NCBI GenBank assembly: GCA_034431475.1
Contig: DAOUDE010000062.1
Location: 21,192 to 85,191, forward strand
Origin: Thermomicrobiales bacterium
GTDB lineage: Bacteria > Chloroflexota > Chloroflexia > Thermomicrobiales > UBA6265
Direction of reading: 5' to 3'
DNA length: 64,000 bases
Part shown: positions 27,715-36,630 of the stretch, in pieces
Layout: the number at the start of each line of letters is the position of its first letter
How positions within the stretch are numbered: position 1 is the first letter of the stretch
Program-made: the position numbers and the translations under genes
The notes under the pieces: generated by a model
What the model was told of the DNA's origin: nothing
Database searches by the model: none
What the model saw: the letters and a program-made list of their open reading frames with translations, nothing else

Positions 27715-27879
27715 GGAGACAGAATGCCTCGTGCCGAGAGGTCAGATACATAACGGTATCATCATATCGTGCTGTAGCCCCTGGCGTCACGAATGCGCTA
27801 CCGGAAGGTCCCGAAACGCTGATAATGCAGGGGCAGGAAGTGGCCTGCACGTGAGCCTGAGCGCAGCCCGGGGGAGCGC

Positions 27880-29526
27880 ATGAGCGAGGATCCATTCTGG
27901 TACAAGGACGCGGTCTTCTACGAGGCGCCGGTCAAGTCGTTCTTCGATTCTGACAACAACGGCGTCGGCGATTTCCTGGGGATGGCCGAAAAGCTTGATT
28001 ACATCAAGAATCTCGGGGTCGATTGCATCTGGCTCCTGCCGTTCTACCCGTCGCCGTTCAAGGACGATGGCTACGACATCTCCGACTTCGGCAGCATTCA
28101 CCCCGATTTCGGCACGGTGGACGATTTCAAGGTGCTGCTGGATGCGGCGCACGAGCGCGGGCTGAAAGTCATCGCCGACCTGGTGATGAACCACACCTCA
28201 GACCAGCACATGTGGTTCCAGGAGTCACGTAGCGACCCCAACGGACCGTACCGTGACTACTATGTCTGGAGTGACGACCCCACCAGGTACAGCGATGCTC
28301 GCATCATCTTCATTGACACGGAGGTCTCCAACTGGACCTTCGACCCCGTCGCCGGGCAGTACTTCTGGCACCGCTTCTTCAGTAATCAGCCGGACCTGAA
28401 CTACGAAAACCCTGCCGTCACGGAAGAAATGCTCAACGTCATGCGCTTCTGGCTCGATCTGGGGCTGGATGGCTTCCGTTGCGACGCCGTGCCGTATCTC
28501 TACGAGGAAGAGGGCACGATCTGCGAAAACTTGCCGAAAACCCATGAGTTCCTGGCCTTGCTCCGCCGAACGATCGAGCAGGAGTACCCGGGCAAGATTC
28601 TGTTGGCGGAAGCCAACCAGTGGCCAGAAGACGTGGTGGAGTACTTCGGGGATGACGAGGACCCCGAGTTCCACATGGCGTTCCACTTTCCGCTGATGCC
28701 GCGTATGTTCATGGCGATCCGGCGCGAGGATCGGCTGCCCATCATCGAGATCATGGAGCGCACACCGGCCATCCCGGAAACGGCGCAATGGGCGATCTTC
28801 CTGCGCAACCACGACGAGCTGACGCTCGAAATGGTGACGGATGAAGAGCGCGACTACATGTATGCGGAGTACGCCAAGGACGCCATGATGCGGCGGAACG
28901 TCGGCATCCGGCGTCGTCTGGCGCCGCTGCTGGAGAACAGCCGCCGCAAGATCGAGCTCATGAACTCGCTGCTGCTCTCGCTGCCCGGCGCGCCGGTCAT
29001 CTACTACGGCGACGAGATCGGCATGGGAGACAACGTCTACCTGGGTGACCGCAACGGCGTGCGCACCCCGATGCAGTGGTCCGGCGACCGCAACGCCGGG
29101 TTTTCCCGTACCGATCCAGCCCGGCTGTACGACCCGGTTATCACCGATCCGGTCTACGGCTTTCAGGCGGTGAACGTCGAGGCCCAGGAGCGCCTGCCCA
29201 CCTCGCTACTGGAGTGGATGCGGCGGTTGATCCGTGTGCGCAAGCGGTTCAAGGCGTTTGGGCGTGGCTCACTGGAGTTCCTGAACGCGGATAACCGCCG
29301 TGTGCTTGCCTACATCCGTGCCTACGAGGACGAGGTCCTGCTCTGCGTGGTGAACCTTTCCCGGTTCGTGCAGCCGGCGGAACTGGACCTGAGCGCCTAC
29401 GACGGGTGGCAACCAATCGAGATGATCGGAGAAACCGCGTTTCCGCTCATTGGCCAACTGCCGTACTTCGTGACGCTCGGCCCGCACAGCTTCTACTGGT
29501 TCCGGCTCGTGCAGCCGGAGGCCTAG
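27880..29526 (+). CDS. treS: trehalose synthase / maltose alpha-D-glucosyltransferase (GH13)
   Basis: [68 protein letters not shown] and [11 protein letters not shown] are GH13 conserved regions I-IV in the TreS arrangement. Confidence 0.92.
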   Translation: MSEDPFWYKDAVFYEAPVKSFFDSDNNGVGDFLGMAEKLDYIKNLGVDCIWLLPFYPSPFKDDGYDISDFGSIHPDFGTVDDFKVLLDAAHERGLKVIADLVMNHTSDQHMWFQESRSDPNGPYRDYYVWSDDPTRYSDARIIFIDTEVSNWTFDPVAGQYFWHRFFSNQPDLNYENPAVTEEMLNVMRFWLDLGLDGFRCDAVPYLYEEEGTICENLPKTHEFLALLRRTIEQEYPGKILLAEANQWPEDVVEYFGDDEDPEFHMAFHFPLMPRMFMAIRREDRLPIIEIMERTPAIPETAQWAIFLRNHDELTLEMVTDEERDYMYAEYAKDAMMRRNVGIRRRLAPLLENSRRKIELMNSLLLSLPGAPVIYYGDEIGMGDNVYLGDRNGVRTPMQWSGDRNAGFSRTDPARLYDPVITDPVYGFQAVNVEAQERLPTSLLEWMRRLIRVRKRFKAFGRGSLEFLNADNRRVLAYIRAYEDEVLLCVVNLSRFVQPAELDLSAYDGWQPIEMIGETAFPLIGQLPYFVTLGPHSFYWFRLVQPEA

Positions 29527-29529
29527 CAA

Positions 29530-30978
29530 GTGGACGCTCAAGCGGACATCCGGGCGGCCTTGCAGGCGCTGTTGCTGAGAGCGGGCCGGGCCGAGGACTG
29601 GCTCGCGCAGCAGCGCTGGTACGCCGACAAGGGCCGAGCCATCACCTCCAGCGAGGTGATGGCGCTTCGCCTGGAGCCTGCGTCGGAGGGAACGCTGGCG
29701 CTCGTGGTCGTGCAGTTCCGGTTCGCGGATGGCGGCTTCAGCCGCTATTTCTTGCCGCTCCATCTAACTGAGAAGGCCGGCAGCCCCGCGGCGCTCCTGG
29801 GTCATCTCGGTGACGTGGCAGTGCTCGACGCCACGGCCCAGCCTTGGTTTGGCGACTGGCTGCTGCGCGCATTCCAGGAGCAGGATGCCGGGTGGGCCGC
29901 TGACCTCGGCCCGGGTGGCGCGGAGTATCTTGGCCGCGCCGCCGCATACCAGGCGCAGGTGCTGCGCGGGGAGCAAAGCAACACCTCGCTCCGCTTCGGT
30001 GACGCGATCATCGTCAAGCTCTTCCGCCGTCTGCAACCGAGGATCAATCCCGATGAGGAGGCCCTGCGCGTGTTGTCGGCGCAGGGCTTTGCCCACGCAC
30101 CGGCGTTCGTGGGCTCCCTGGCCTGGCTCAGTCCGGAGGGCGTGCCGGTTCCCCTCGCGCTGGCCACCAGCTTTGTCCCGCACCAGCGTGACGGCTGGTC
30201 GTGGCTTCTCGCGCGCCTTGAGCATGCCACACCCGGCAGCAAGATCGACGTTGGGCCGGAGCGCCTGCTTGGCCAACGTACCGCCGAAATGCACCTGGCG
30301 CTGGCAGCAAGTGGCGACGAGGCATTTACGCCGATGGAGGCAACCCTGGCCGATGTTGCGCAGAGCCAGGCGCGCACCCGGGCAGCCATTCACCTGGCTG
30401 AGGACATCATCCGGGACCGCGCGGACACGCTCCCCTCGGCGGTGCAGCGCGTCCTGCCGGCAATCTTCGCGGCGCTGCAGCGCACTGAAGCCGATCTGGC
30501 AGGCTACGACGCCGAACTCGGTCTGCCGCGCATTCGCCCGCACGGCGACTTTCACCTGGGGCAAACGTTGTGGACGGGAGATGACTGGGTCATTCTTGAC
30601 TTCGAGGGCGAACCGGCCCGCCCGGTCGAGGAGCGCCGGCAGCGTACATCGGTTCTGAAAGACGTGGCCGGGATGCTGCGCTCCTTCGCCTATGCACGCG
30701 GAGCGGCCTCGCTGGCGGGGCCAGAAACAGGCAGGACAGTGGCGGAATCGTGGCTACTGGAATGGGAAGCCGCTGCCCGCGCCGCCTTCCTGAGTGCCTA
30801 CCGCGAGACGATCGCAGACGCTGACGCCGGTCTGATCCCCGAATCCGACGACGATTTTGCGCGAGCGTTGCGCGCGTGGGAACTGGACAAGGCCCTCTAC
30901 GAGATCGCCTATGAAGCGCGCAACCGGCCTGGCTGGCTGGCGATCCCACTGGCGGCGCTCACACCCACAGGCGCCTGA
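29530..30978 (+). CDS. maltokinase (Pep2/Mak-like aminoglycoside-phosphotransferase fold)
   Basis: Starts 4 nt after treS. RIRPHGDFHLGQTLWTGDDWVILDFEGEP (kinase catalytic loop) and the C-terminal ALYEIAYEARNRPGW are typical of Pep2 maltokinases encoded next to or fused with TreS. Confidence 0.8.
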   Translation: MDAQADIRAALQALLLRAGRAEDWLAQQRWYADKGRAITSSEVMALRLEPASEGTLALVVVQFRFADGGFSRYFLPLHLTEKAGSPAALLGHLGDVAVLDATAQPWFGDWLLRAFQEQDAGWAADLGPGGAEYLGRAAAYQAQVLRGEQSNTSLRFGDAIIVKLFRRLQPRINPDEEALRVLSAQGFAHAPAFVGSLAWLSPEGVPVPLALATSFVPHQRDGWSWLLARLEHATPGSKIDVGPERLLGQRTAEMHLALAASGDEAFTPMEATLADVAQSQARTRAAIHLAEDIIRDRADTLPSAVQRVLPAIFAALQRTEADLAGYDAELGLPRIRPHGDFHLGQTLWTGDDWVILDFEGEPARPVEERRQRTSVLKDVAGMLRSFAYARGAASLAGPETGRTVAESWLLEWEAAARAAFLSAYRETIADADAGLIPESDDDFARALRAWELDKALYEIAYEARNRPGWLAIPLAALTPTGA

Positions 30979-31010
30979 AGCGGGTAGTTCTGGCGACCAG
31001 ACCTCCCGAC

Positions 31011-32747
31011 CTATTCCGCGGCCACAGTCTCCCGGGCGCTCCCCGCGAATCCCTGGCGCGGCGCCCACTCCGCGTAGTTCACGGCCGGGAAGGGGTTGTC
31101 ACGTTCTCGCAGCGCGGCCGTGAAGACCATGTCCTCGCTGGTCGGCGTTCCGCGTTCAGCGATAGCGCAAAGCTGGTCGTATCGGGCCAGGTGCTCCTGG
31201 AAGCGCTCGGTCGCATACTCTTTTGCCTGACCCGTCGTGACCAGGAAGGGCCAGTCGCTGCTCTGGAGCAGCAGCAGTTCGCGCGCGGCCTGGTTGAGCA
31301 CCGATCGGAGATCGCCGTTGGCGTCCGGGTAGCGGGCAACCAGGTCCTCCATGCGTCGCTCGGCCGCGTGGATCAATGGCCACATCCACTCCGTGTCATC
31401 GTTCAGCCAGGTGAAGTGGCCGCCGCCAGCGCCCCAACTCGACTCCGGGAGCGACAACACTTCGCGCGGCGGATGCTGCTCGATGACGCCACTGGCGGTG
31501 CTCATCTCGACGGTCGAGCGAGCTGCCAGGCCACGCAGCACCAGCTTCAACCAGTCCACACCCTCGAACCACCAATGGCCAAAGAGTTCGGTGTCGTATG
31601 AGGCCGTGATGCTGCCGAAGCCCCCGGTCTGGTCGTGATACGCGCGCAGTTGCTCTTCAATCAGATGCACGTAGTGGTCCGCGTGTGATGCGACTTGGCC
31701 ACCAGCGCGCTCCGGGTCGTAGGGTTCCTTGTCGCCGAGATCCACCCCCGCGCCGCTGATGCGCCAGTACTGCATCCCGGACTCGGCGTCCTTGCGGTGA
31801 AACTCGCGGTAGACGAAATCGCCGGGGTACCCGAACGCGGCGGACCATACTTGCTGCCCCGTGCGTTCGTGCCGCGCCAGCACGGCGACCTGGCCCGGAG
31901 CATCGCCCACCCAGTAGGGGAGGAGCGAGGTGCCCGGCGAGAGTTGCTCGCCGGCAGTAGGCTCGGTGACGCTGGACGCATAGCGGCGCGCCACCATCCC
32001 GTAGGCGCCCACGGTACCAGGGACCGCCATGCCGACCGGCACGCCGCCCTCGACCGTGTGGGTCTCGCTGAAGAAGACGAGCAGGCCCTCTTCCGCCAGG
32101 AACGACTCTAGCCCCGGGCGGCGAATGGCGCGCGTTCCATCCTCCTCCATGATGGCCGGGCGATAGGCGCACTCGGGCAGCCAGATCGCGAGCGGCGCGC
32201 GTCCAAAGTGCCGGCGGTACGCCTCGACGCCCGTGTGCAGTTGCGCGTGGATCGAGGAGTCGCGCGAGAGGAGTGGCAGATACCCGTGGGTGGCGGCGCA
32301 GGTGGCGACCTCAATCAGGCCTTCGTCCTGCAGCGTGCGGAACGCACCGAGCAGATCGCGGTTGTAACGATCCACGAACGACGTCAACACCCGCCCGTAC
32401 CAGTGGTGATAGAAGCGCGCCAGGTTGCGCATGCGCTCATCGCCGTTGAGCTCGAAGCGTTCGATGTCCTTGGCCGCCCGTGCCGCACGCTCCGTGGCGT
32501 ATCCAACGAAGTGGTCGATGATGAGCGGATCAGCCAACTGCTCCGCCAGGATGGGGGTAATCCCGATGCTCAGCCGGTACGGCACGCCCTCCTCGCGCAG
32601 GTCGTAGAGCGCGTTCAGGAGCGGAACGTACGTTTCGGCGATGGCCTCGTGCACCCACTCTTCGCCGTGGGGCCACATGCCCGCCTGGCGGGCGTAGGGC
32701 AGGTGGCTATGGAGCATGAACGTAAAGGTTCCGATGGGCGCGCTCAT
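31011..32747 (-). CDS. GH57-family 1,4-alpha-glucan branching enzyme
   Basis: FTFMLHSHLPYARQAGMWPHGEEWVHEAIAETYVPLL, WLPECAY and TELFGHWWFEG are GH57 conserved regions. The ATG at 32747 is preceded by GAAGGGA. Confidence 0.85.
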   Translation of the reverse strand: MSAPIGTFTFMLHSHLPYARQAGMWPHGEEWVHEAIAETYVPLLNALYDLREEGVPYRLSIGITPILAEQLADPLIIDHFVGYATERAARAAKDIERFELNGDERMRNLARFYHHWYGRVLTSFVDRYNRDLLGAFRTLQDEGLIEVATCAATHGYLPLLSRDSSIHAQLHTGVEAYRRHFGRAPLAIWLPECAYRPAIMEEDGTRAIRRPGLESFLAEEGLLVFFSETHTVEGGVPVGMAVPGTVGAYGMVARRYASSVTEPTAGEQLSPGTSLLPYWVGDAPGQVAVLARHERTGQQVWSAAFGYPGDFVYREFHRKDAESGMQYWRISGAGVDLGDKEPYDPERAGGQVASHADHYVHLIEEQLRAYHDQTGGFGSITASYDTELFGHWWFEGVDWLKLVLRGLAARSTVEMSTASGVIEQHPPREVLSLPESSWGAGGGHFTWLNDDTEWMWPLIHAAERRMEDLVARYPDANGDLRSVLNQAARELLLLQSSDWPFLVTTGQAKEYATERFQEHLARYDQLCAIAERGTPTSEDMVFTAALRERDNPFPAVNYAEWAPRQGFAGSARETVAAE

Positions 32748-32789
32748 GGTCGTATTCCCTTCATGCAAGGCGCGGTGTGCTCATTCAGA

Positions 32790-34379
32790 TCAGGTTCCCG
32801 CCGTGTCTGGCGCGTGCGCCATGAGCGGGTGAGCTGTCGAAGGCGCCGTGTAATCGTACGGATCGTATCCCCGGCGGATGGCACTCGCCGCCGTGCGGCC
32901 GTACGTCTCGGTCAGTTCGCGCAGCCCATCGGCCAGGCCCTCGTGCAACTGGTGCGGCGCATAGCGCCACTCCCAGTTCCCTGTCGGCTTACCCGGCGTG
33001 TTCATGCGCGCGTCGTCATCCAGCCGCATCACATCCTGCAGCGGCATCAGCACGCGATCCGCGACCGAGGACGAGGCGAGCCGGATGAAGTCCCACGCAA
33101 TATCGCTGCCATCGCGCGCCAGGTAGCGTTGCACATTGCTGCGGGTGCGGTCATCCAGGCTGCGGAACCAGCCGATGGTGGTCTGGTTGTCGTGGGTTCC
33201 GGGATAGGCGACGGTCACGGGCTCGTAGTTGTGGGGCAGGTAGGCGTTTTCCGGACCATTGCCGAAAGCAAATTGCAGGACCCGCATCCCCGGGAACCCC
33301 AGGACTTCGCGCAGTACCGTGACATCCGGCGTAATCAGCCCCAGGTCCTCGACGATGAACGGAGACTGGCCGAGCGCGCGCTCGATGGCGTCGAAGACGC
33401 TGCGCCCCGGCCCTGGCTCCCAGTGCCCGGCGGCAGCCGTTTCCGCATCAGCCGGAACCACCCAGGAGGCGGCGAACCCACGAAAGTGATCGATGCGCAG
33501 CAGATCAACGCGCTGCAACGTGGTGCGCACGCGTTCAATCCACCAGGCGAAGCCCGTTTCGGCCTGGCGCTTCCAGTCGTACGCCGGGTTCCCCCAGAGT
33601 TGACCGTCGTCCGTGAAGGCGTCCGGTGGCACCCCCGCCACGTCCCTGGGGAGCCCCTGGGGAGACAGCCGGAAGAGATCCTGATTGGCCCACACATCGG
33701 CGCTGTCGTACGCGACGAAAATGGGGATGTCCCCCATGATCTGCACGCCGTGGTCGTTTGCGTAGCGGTGAACCTCTTTCCACTGCCGGTCGACGAGGAA
33801 CTGCGTAAAGCGGTGGAAGGCGAGCGCGTCTCTGTGCTCATCGCGGGCAGCCGCGAGCGCGGCCGGTTGCCGCTGCACGAGTTCCTGTGGCCAGGTGTTC
33901 CAGGCCGCGCCGTGGTGTGCGTCCTTCAACGCCATGAAGAGCGCATAGTCCTCCAGCCAGTTTGCCTGCTCGGCCTGGTACGCCTCAAACTCGGGGCGGA
34001 GGTGCGGGGCCGCACCGCGTCGGAAGCGGCTGAACGCCTCCCGCAGGAGCGGGATCTTGAACGCGCGTACCGCGTCAAAATCCACACTGACGTTGGAGAA
34101 GGGAGGCGGCGCATCCAGCGGCGCGCTGTCCAGCAAGCCATCCCCCGCCAACCAGGGTAGCGATATCAGCAGCGCGTTGGCGGCAAGGGCGGACGGCGAT
34201 GCGTAGGGCGAATTGCCTGGGCCAACGGGACCGAGTGGCAGAATCTGCCATTCGCTTTGCGCGCCCCTTGCCAGCCATTCGACGAAGCGGAATGCGGCCT
34301 CTCCCAGGTCCCCGATGCCATGCGGCCCCGGAAACGATGTCGGATGACAGATGATGCCGCTGTGGCGAGAACGGTTCAC
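32790..34379 (-). CDS. malQ: 4-alpha-glucanotransferase (amylomaltase, GH77)
   Basis: RHSGIICHPTSFPGPHGIGDLG, LRIDHFRGF, VEDLG and YPGTHDNQT are GH77 signature regions. Confidence 0.9.
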   Translation of the reverse strand: MNRSRHSGIICHPTSFPGPHGIGDLGEAAFRFVEWLARGAQSEWQILPLGPVGPGNSPYASPSALAANALLISLPWLAGDGLLDSAPLDAPPPFSNVSVDFDAVRAFKIPLLREAFSRFRRGAAPHLRPEFEAYQAEQANWLEDYALFMALKDAHHGAAWNTWPQELVQRQPAALAAARDEHRDALAFHRFTQFLVDRQWKEVHRYANDHGVQIMGDIPIFVAYDSADVWANQDLFRLSPQGLPRDVAGVPPDAFTDDGQLWGNPAYDWKRQAETGFAWWIERVRTTLQRVDLLRIDHFRGFAASWVVPADAETAAAGHWEPGPGRSVFDAIERALGQSPFIVEDLGLITPDVTVLREVLGFPGMRVLQFAFGNGPENAYLPHNYEPVTVAYPGTHDNQTTIGWFRSLDDRTRSNVQRYLARDGSDIAWDFIRLASSSVADRVLMPLQDVMRLDDDARMNTPGKPTGNWEWRYAPHQLHEGLADGLRELTETYGRTAASAIRRGYDPYDYTAPSTAHPLMAHAPDTAGT

Positions 34380-34436
34380 GCGCGGCCCTCCCCGGGAGCG
34401 TTAGCGGGCGGCGTGGTGCGCCGCGCCCTGGATGAG

Positions 34437-34979
34437 CTACCTGCCAGCCAGATTCGCCTGGTAGCGCTCACGGCACGAGGCCACCATAGCCAGCGTCTCT
34501 TCGACATCGTGCCAGCCAAGCACCTCGGTCTGCTTCGGTTCCAGCAGCTTGTAGGTGGCGAAGAAGGTCTCGATTTCTCGCAACCAATGGTCACCGATAT
34601 CCGCCAGGCGCAAGTAGTGCGCATACCGGGGATCGCCTACGGGCGCGGCCAGGACCTTGAAGTCAGAGCCCTTTTCGTCAGACATGTCCAGGCCGCCCAG
34701 CACGCGCGCCTTGATCATGCAGCCCGGAAACGTCGGTTCCTGCACGAGCACCAGGACGTCGAGCGGGTCACCGTCCCCGGCGAGCGTTTCCACAATGTAG
34801 CCGTAATCGGTCGGGTAGTGGACAGAGGAGTAGAGCACCCGGTCCAGGTAGAAGCGGCCGGTGGCTTCGTCGAACTCGTACTTGTTGCGGCTGCCGCGCG
34901 GAATTTCGATGAGCGCCATGACGGTCGCATCGTCCGGGCTGTCCAGTACTGCCGGCTGGGGATCGGGAGTGGTGCTCAC
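34437..34979 (-). CDS. ppa: inorganic pyrophosphatase (family I)
   Basis: IEIPRGSRNKYEFD, YPTDYGYI and DGDPLDVLVL are family-I PPase motifs. The GTG at 34979 gives 180 aa. The longer track ORF (to 35108) runs into the rpmE terminator, so that extension is rejected. Confidence 0.85.
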   Translation of the reverse strand: MSTTPDPQPAVLDSPDDATVMALIEIPRGSRNKYEFDEATGRFYLDRVLYSSVHYPTDYGYIVETLAGDGDPLDVLVLVQEPTFPGCMIKARVLGGLDMSDEKGSDFKVLAAPVGDPRYAHYLRLADIGDHWLREIETFFATYKLLEPKQTEVLGWHDVEETLAMVASCRERYQANLAGR

Positions 34980-35080
34980 GGAGTGGCTTGCCTCTTCTCG
35001 GTGATGCCATGCCCGCCGCCGGGCCACGGCCATTGACGCTGTCAGAACGTACCACGCACAGTCTTCGCGATCGCAACATG

Positions 35081-35115
35081 CAAGACAAAAAGGGGTCCGT
35101 GCAAGCACGGACCCC
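35081..35115 (-). terminator. rho-independent terminator of rpmE
   Basis: On the minus strand, GGGGTCCGTGC-TT-GCACGGACCCC (11-bp stem) is followed by TTTTTGTCTTG, about 30 nt after the rpmE stop. Confidence 0.75.
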
Positions 35116-35146
35116 GGTGTCCTCGGTGGAATGCGTGAAGCGCGCC

Positions 35147-35476
35147 CTAGTTGACGGCGGCCTCGGCTTCAACCAACTCGGCCTCGGCCTCAGCCTGATC
35201 CTCGGCCGGGCGGCGGTTCGCGCTGTCGCGCTCGGCGCGGGCGGCGAGGCGCACCTGTCGCTTGGACGGCTTGCCCGAGGCGGCCTCCATGCGCTTCATG
35301 AAGCGCTCGACCTGGCCAGCCGTGTCCACAATGCGCTGCTCACCAGTATAGAACGGGTGGCAGACATTGCAGAGGTCGGTGCGCAGATTCTGGCGCGTCG
35401 AGCGTGTCGTGAAGGTGTTGCCGCACGCGCATGTGACCGTAGTTTCCTGGTACTTGGGGTGAATTCCCTGCTTCAT
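35147..35476 (-). CDS. rpmE: 50S ribosomal protein L31 (zinc-binding type A) with Ala/Glu-rich C-terminal tail
   Basis: MKQGIHPKY...CACGNTF...[10 protein letters not shown] is the L31 signature with four Cys. At 109 aa it is longer than the usual ~70 aa. Confidence 0.92.
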   Translation of the reverse strand: MKQGIHPKYQETTVTCACGNTFTTRSTRQNLRTDLCNVCHPFYTGEQRIVDTAGQVERFMKRMEAASGKPSKRQVRLAARAERDSANRRPAEDQAEAEAELVEAEAAVN

Positions 35477-35540
35477 GGGTGTTGCTTATCTTTCTCCGGA
35501 GTAGCCGGTAACGGCGCTCCGGTGGTCACGTGAACGAAAA

Positions 35541-35882
35541 CTAGTCTGCGGCAGCAACCGACTCCGTGAAGGCCACAGACTCGTAGGCCGGCTTGAGCAG
35601 GCCATTGTTGCCGCCGACCGGATACACATCCGGTGGGTAAACGCTGATGCGGCGCTTGGCGCGCGTGACCGGCTCGAAACACACCACACCGTCAATCTTG
35701 GCGTAGATGGTGTGGTCCTTCCCGATGCCGACATTTTCGCCGACCCAGAACTGGGTACCGCGCTGGCGCACGACAATCGTGCCAGAGCGAACATACTGGC
35801 CGTCGGATCGCTTCACGCCAAGCCGCTGCGCATTGCTGTCGCGGCCGTTTCGCGAGCTACCGCCGCCTTTCTTGTGAGCCAT
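35541..35882 (-). CDS. rpmA: 50S ribosomal protein L27
   Basis: [25 protein letters not shown]...[12 protein letters not shown] is the canonical L27 N-terminus. Confidence 0.95.
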   Translation of the reverse strand: MAHKKGGGSSRNGRDSNAQRLGVKRSDGQYVRSGTIVVRQRGTQFWVGENVGIGKDHTIYAKIDGVVCFEPVTRAKRRISVYPPDVYPVGGNNGLLKPAYESVAFTESVAAAD

Positions 35883-35922
35883 GAGACTATCTCCCTTGAT
35901 GCGACAGAACGTCAGCGGCAGG

Positions 35923-36261
35923 TCAGGCCGAGATGCCAGTAATTGCCACCCGGGTCAGCGACTGACGGTGCCCGGTCCGGCGGCGATACCGCTTCTTTGG
36001 CTTGTACTTGAAGACGATGATCTTTTCGCCGCGAAACTGGTCTTCCACCTGAGCGGAAACCGTCGCGCCACTCACCAGCGGGGTACCGACGGCGGTGGAT
36101 CCGTTGCCACCAACCAGCAGTACGCGGTCAAAGACGATGTCCGAGCCGGGCTCGGCATCGAGCTTCTCGACCGCAAGCCGGTCCCCAACGGAGACGCGGT
36201 ACTGCTTGCCGCCCGTCTCGATGATGGCATATGGTGCAGTGCTCGATGCCGACTCGGCCAT
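35923..36261 (-). CDS. rplU: 50S ribosomal protein L21
   Basis: [24 protein letters not shown]...[17 protein letters not shown], in the conserved rplU-rpmA order. The ATG at 36261 is chosen over the upstream track start at 36324. Confidence 0.92.
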   Translation of the reverse strand: MAESASSTAPYAIIETGGKQYRVSVGDRLAVEKLDAEPGSDIVFDRVLLVGGNGSTAVGTPLVSGATVSAQVEDQFRGEKIIVFKYKPKKRYRRRTGHRQSLTRVAITGISA

Positions 36262-36353
36262 GAAATGCTTGCTCGCTCTCTTACATTCAGAAAAACGCAC
36301 CACGGTCTGGCACGCACAAAACAATCCGGGTTACATCGTACCCGCGACGTGCC

Positions 36354-36362
36354 ACTATAGCA
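36354..36362 (-). promoter_or_regulatory. candidate extended -10 element (TGcTATAGT) for rplU-rpmA
   Basis: The minus strand reads TGCTATAGT about 93 nt upstream of the rplU ATG. There is no convincing -35. Sequence-only guess. Confidence 0.25.
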
Positions 36363-36408
36363 CATATCTGGATAACCGCACACTCGCGGGCAAAGTACGG
36401 AGGCAGAT

Positions 36409-36630
36409 GTGGACTCCAGGAACGACGCAGAGATCGACGCTCGCCTGAACATGGTCGCGGCACGCGCCCATCGTCCGCTCACCGGCGAGGAGATTGCCCT
36501 CGTCCGGGAGCGCATTGTGCGCGACCTGGAGAACCGGGCAGAGATGCGCACACTGCCGCTTGTGAACAGTGACGCTCCGGATACCGGGTTCAACCCGCGT
36601 ATTTCGCCGATTGGCGGTCGCCCGTGGTAA
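36409..36630 (+). CDS. small (73 aa) AtzG/GatC-like putative amidase partner protein
   Basis: GGAGG lies 5 nt upstream of the GTG at 36409. The 3' end overlaps the amidase start by 7 nt. The C-terminal pattern AEMRTLPLVNSDAPDTGFNP resembles the tail of AtzG/DUF4089-type proteins as I recall them. Confidence 0.5.
   Translation: MDSRNDAEIDARLNMVAARAHRPLTGEEIALVRERIVRDLENRAEMRTLPLVNSDAPDTGFNPRISPIGGRPW

Noticed and set aside
32208-34160. 650-aa plus-strand ORF
   Set aside because: It is antisense to the GH57 and malQ genes, both with unmistakable glycoside-hydrolase motifs. The sequence is Arg/Val/His-rich low-information.
34980-35108. N-terminal extension of the pyrophosphatase ORF (track start 35108)
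   Set aside because: The extension would run through the rpmE intrinsic terminator (35081-35115). It adds a Cys-rich non-homologous leader. The GTG at 34979 gives a canonical 180-aa family-I PPase.
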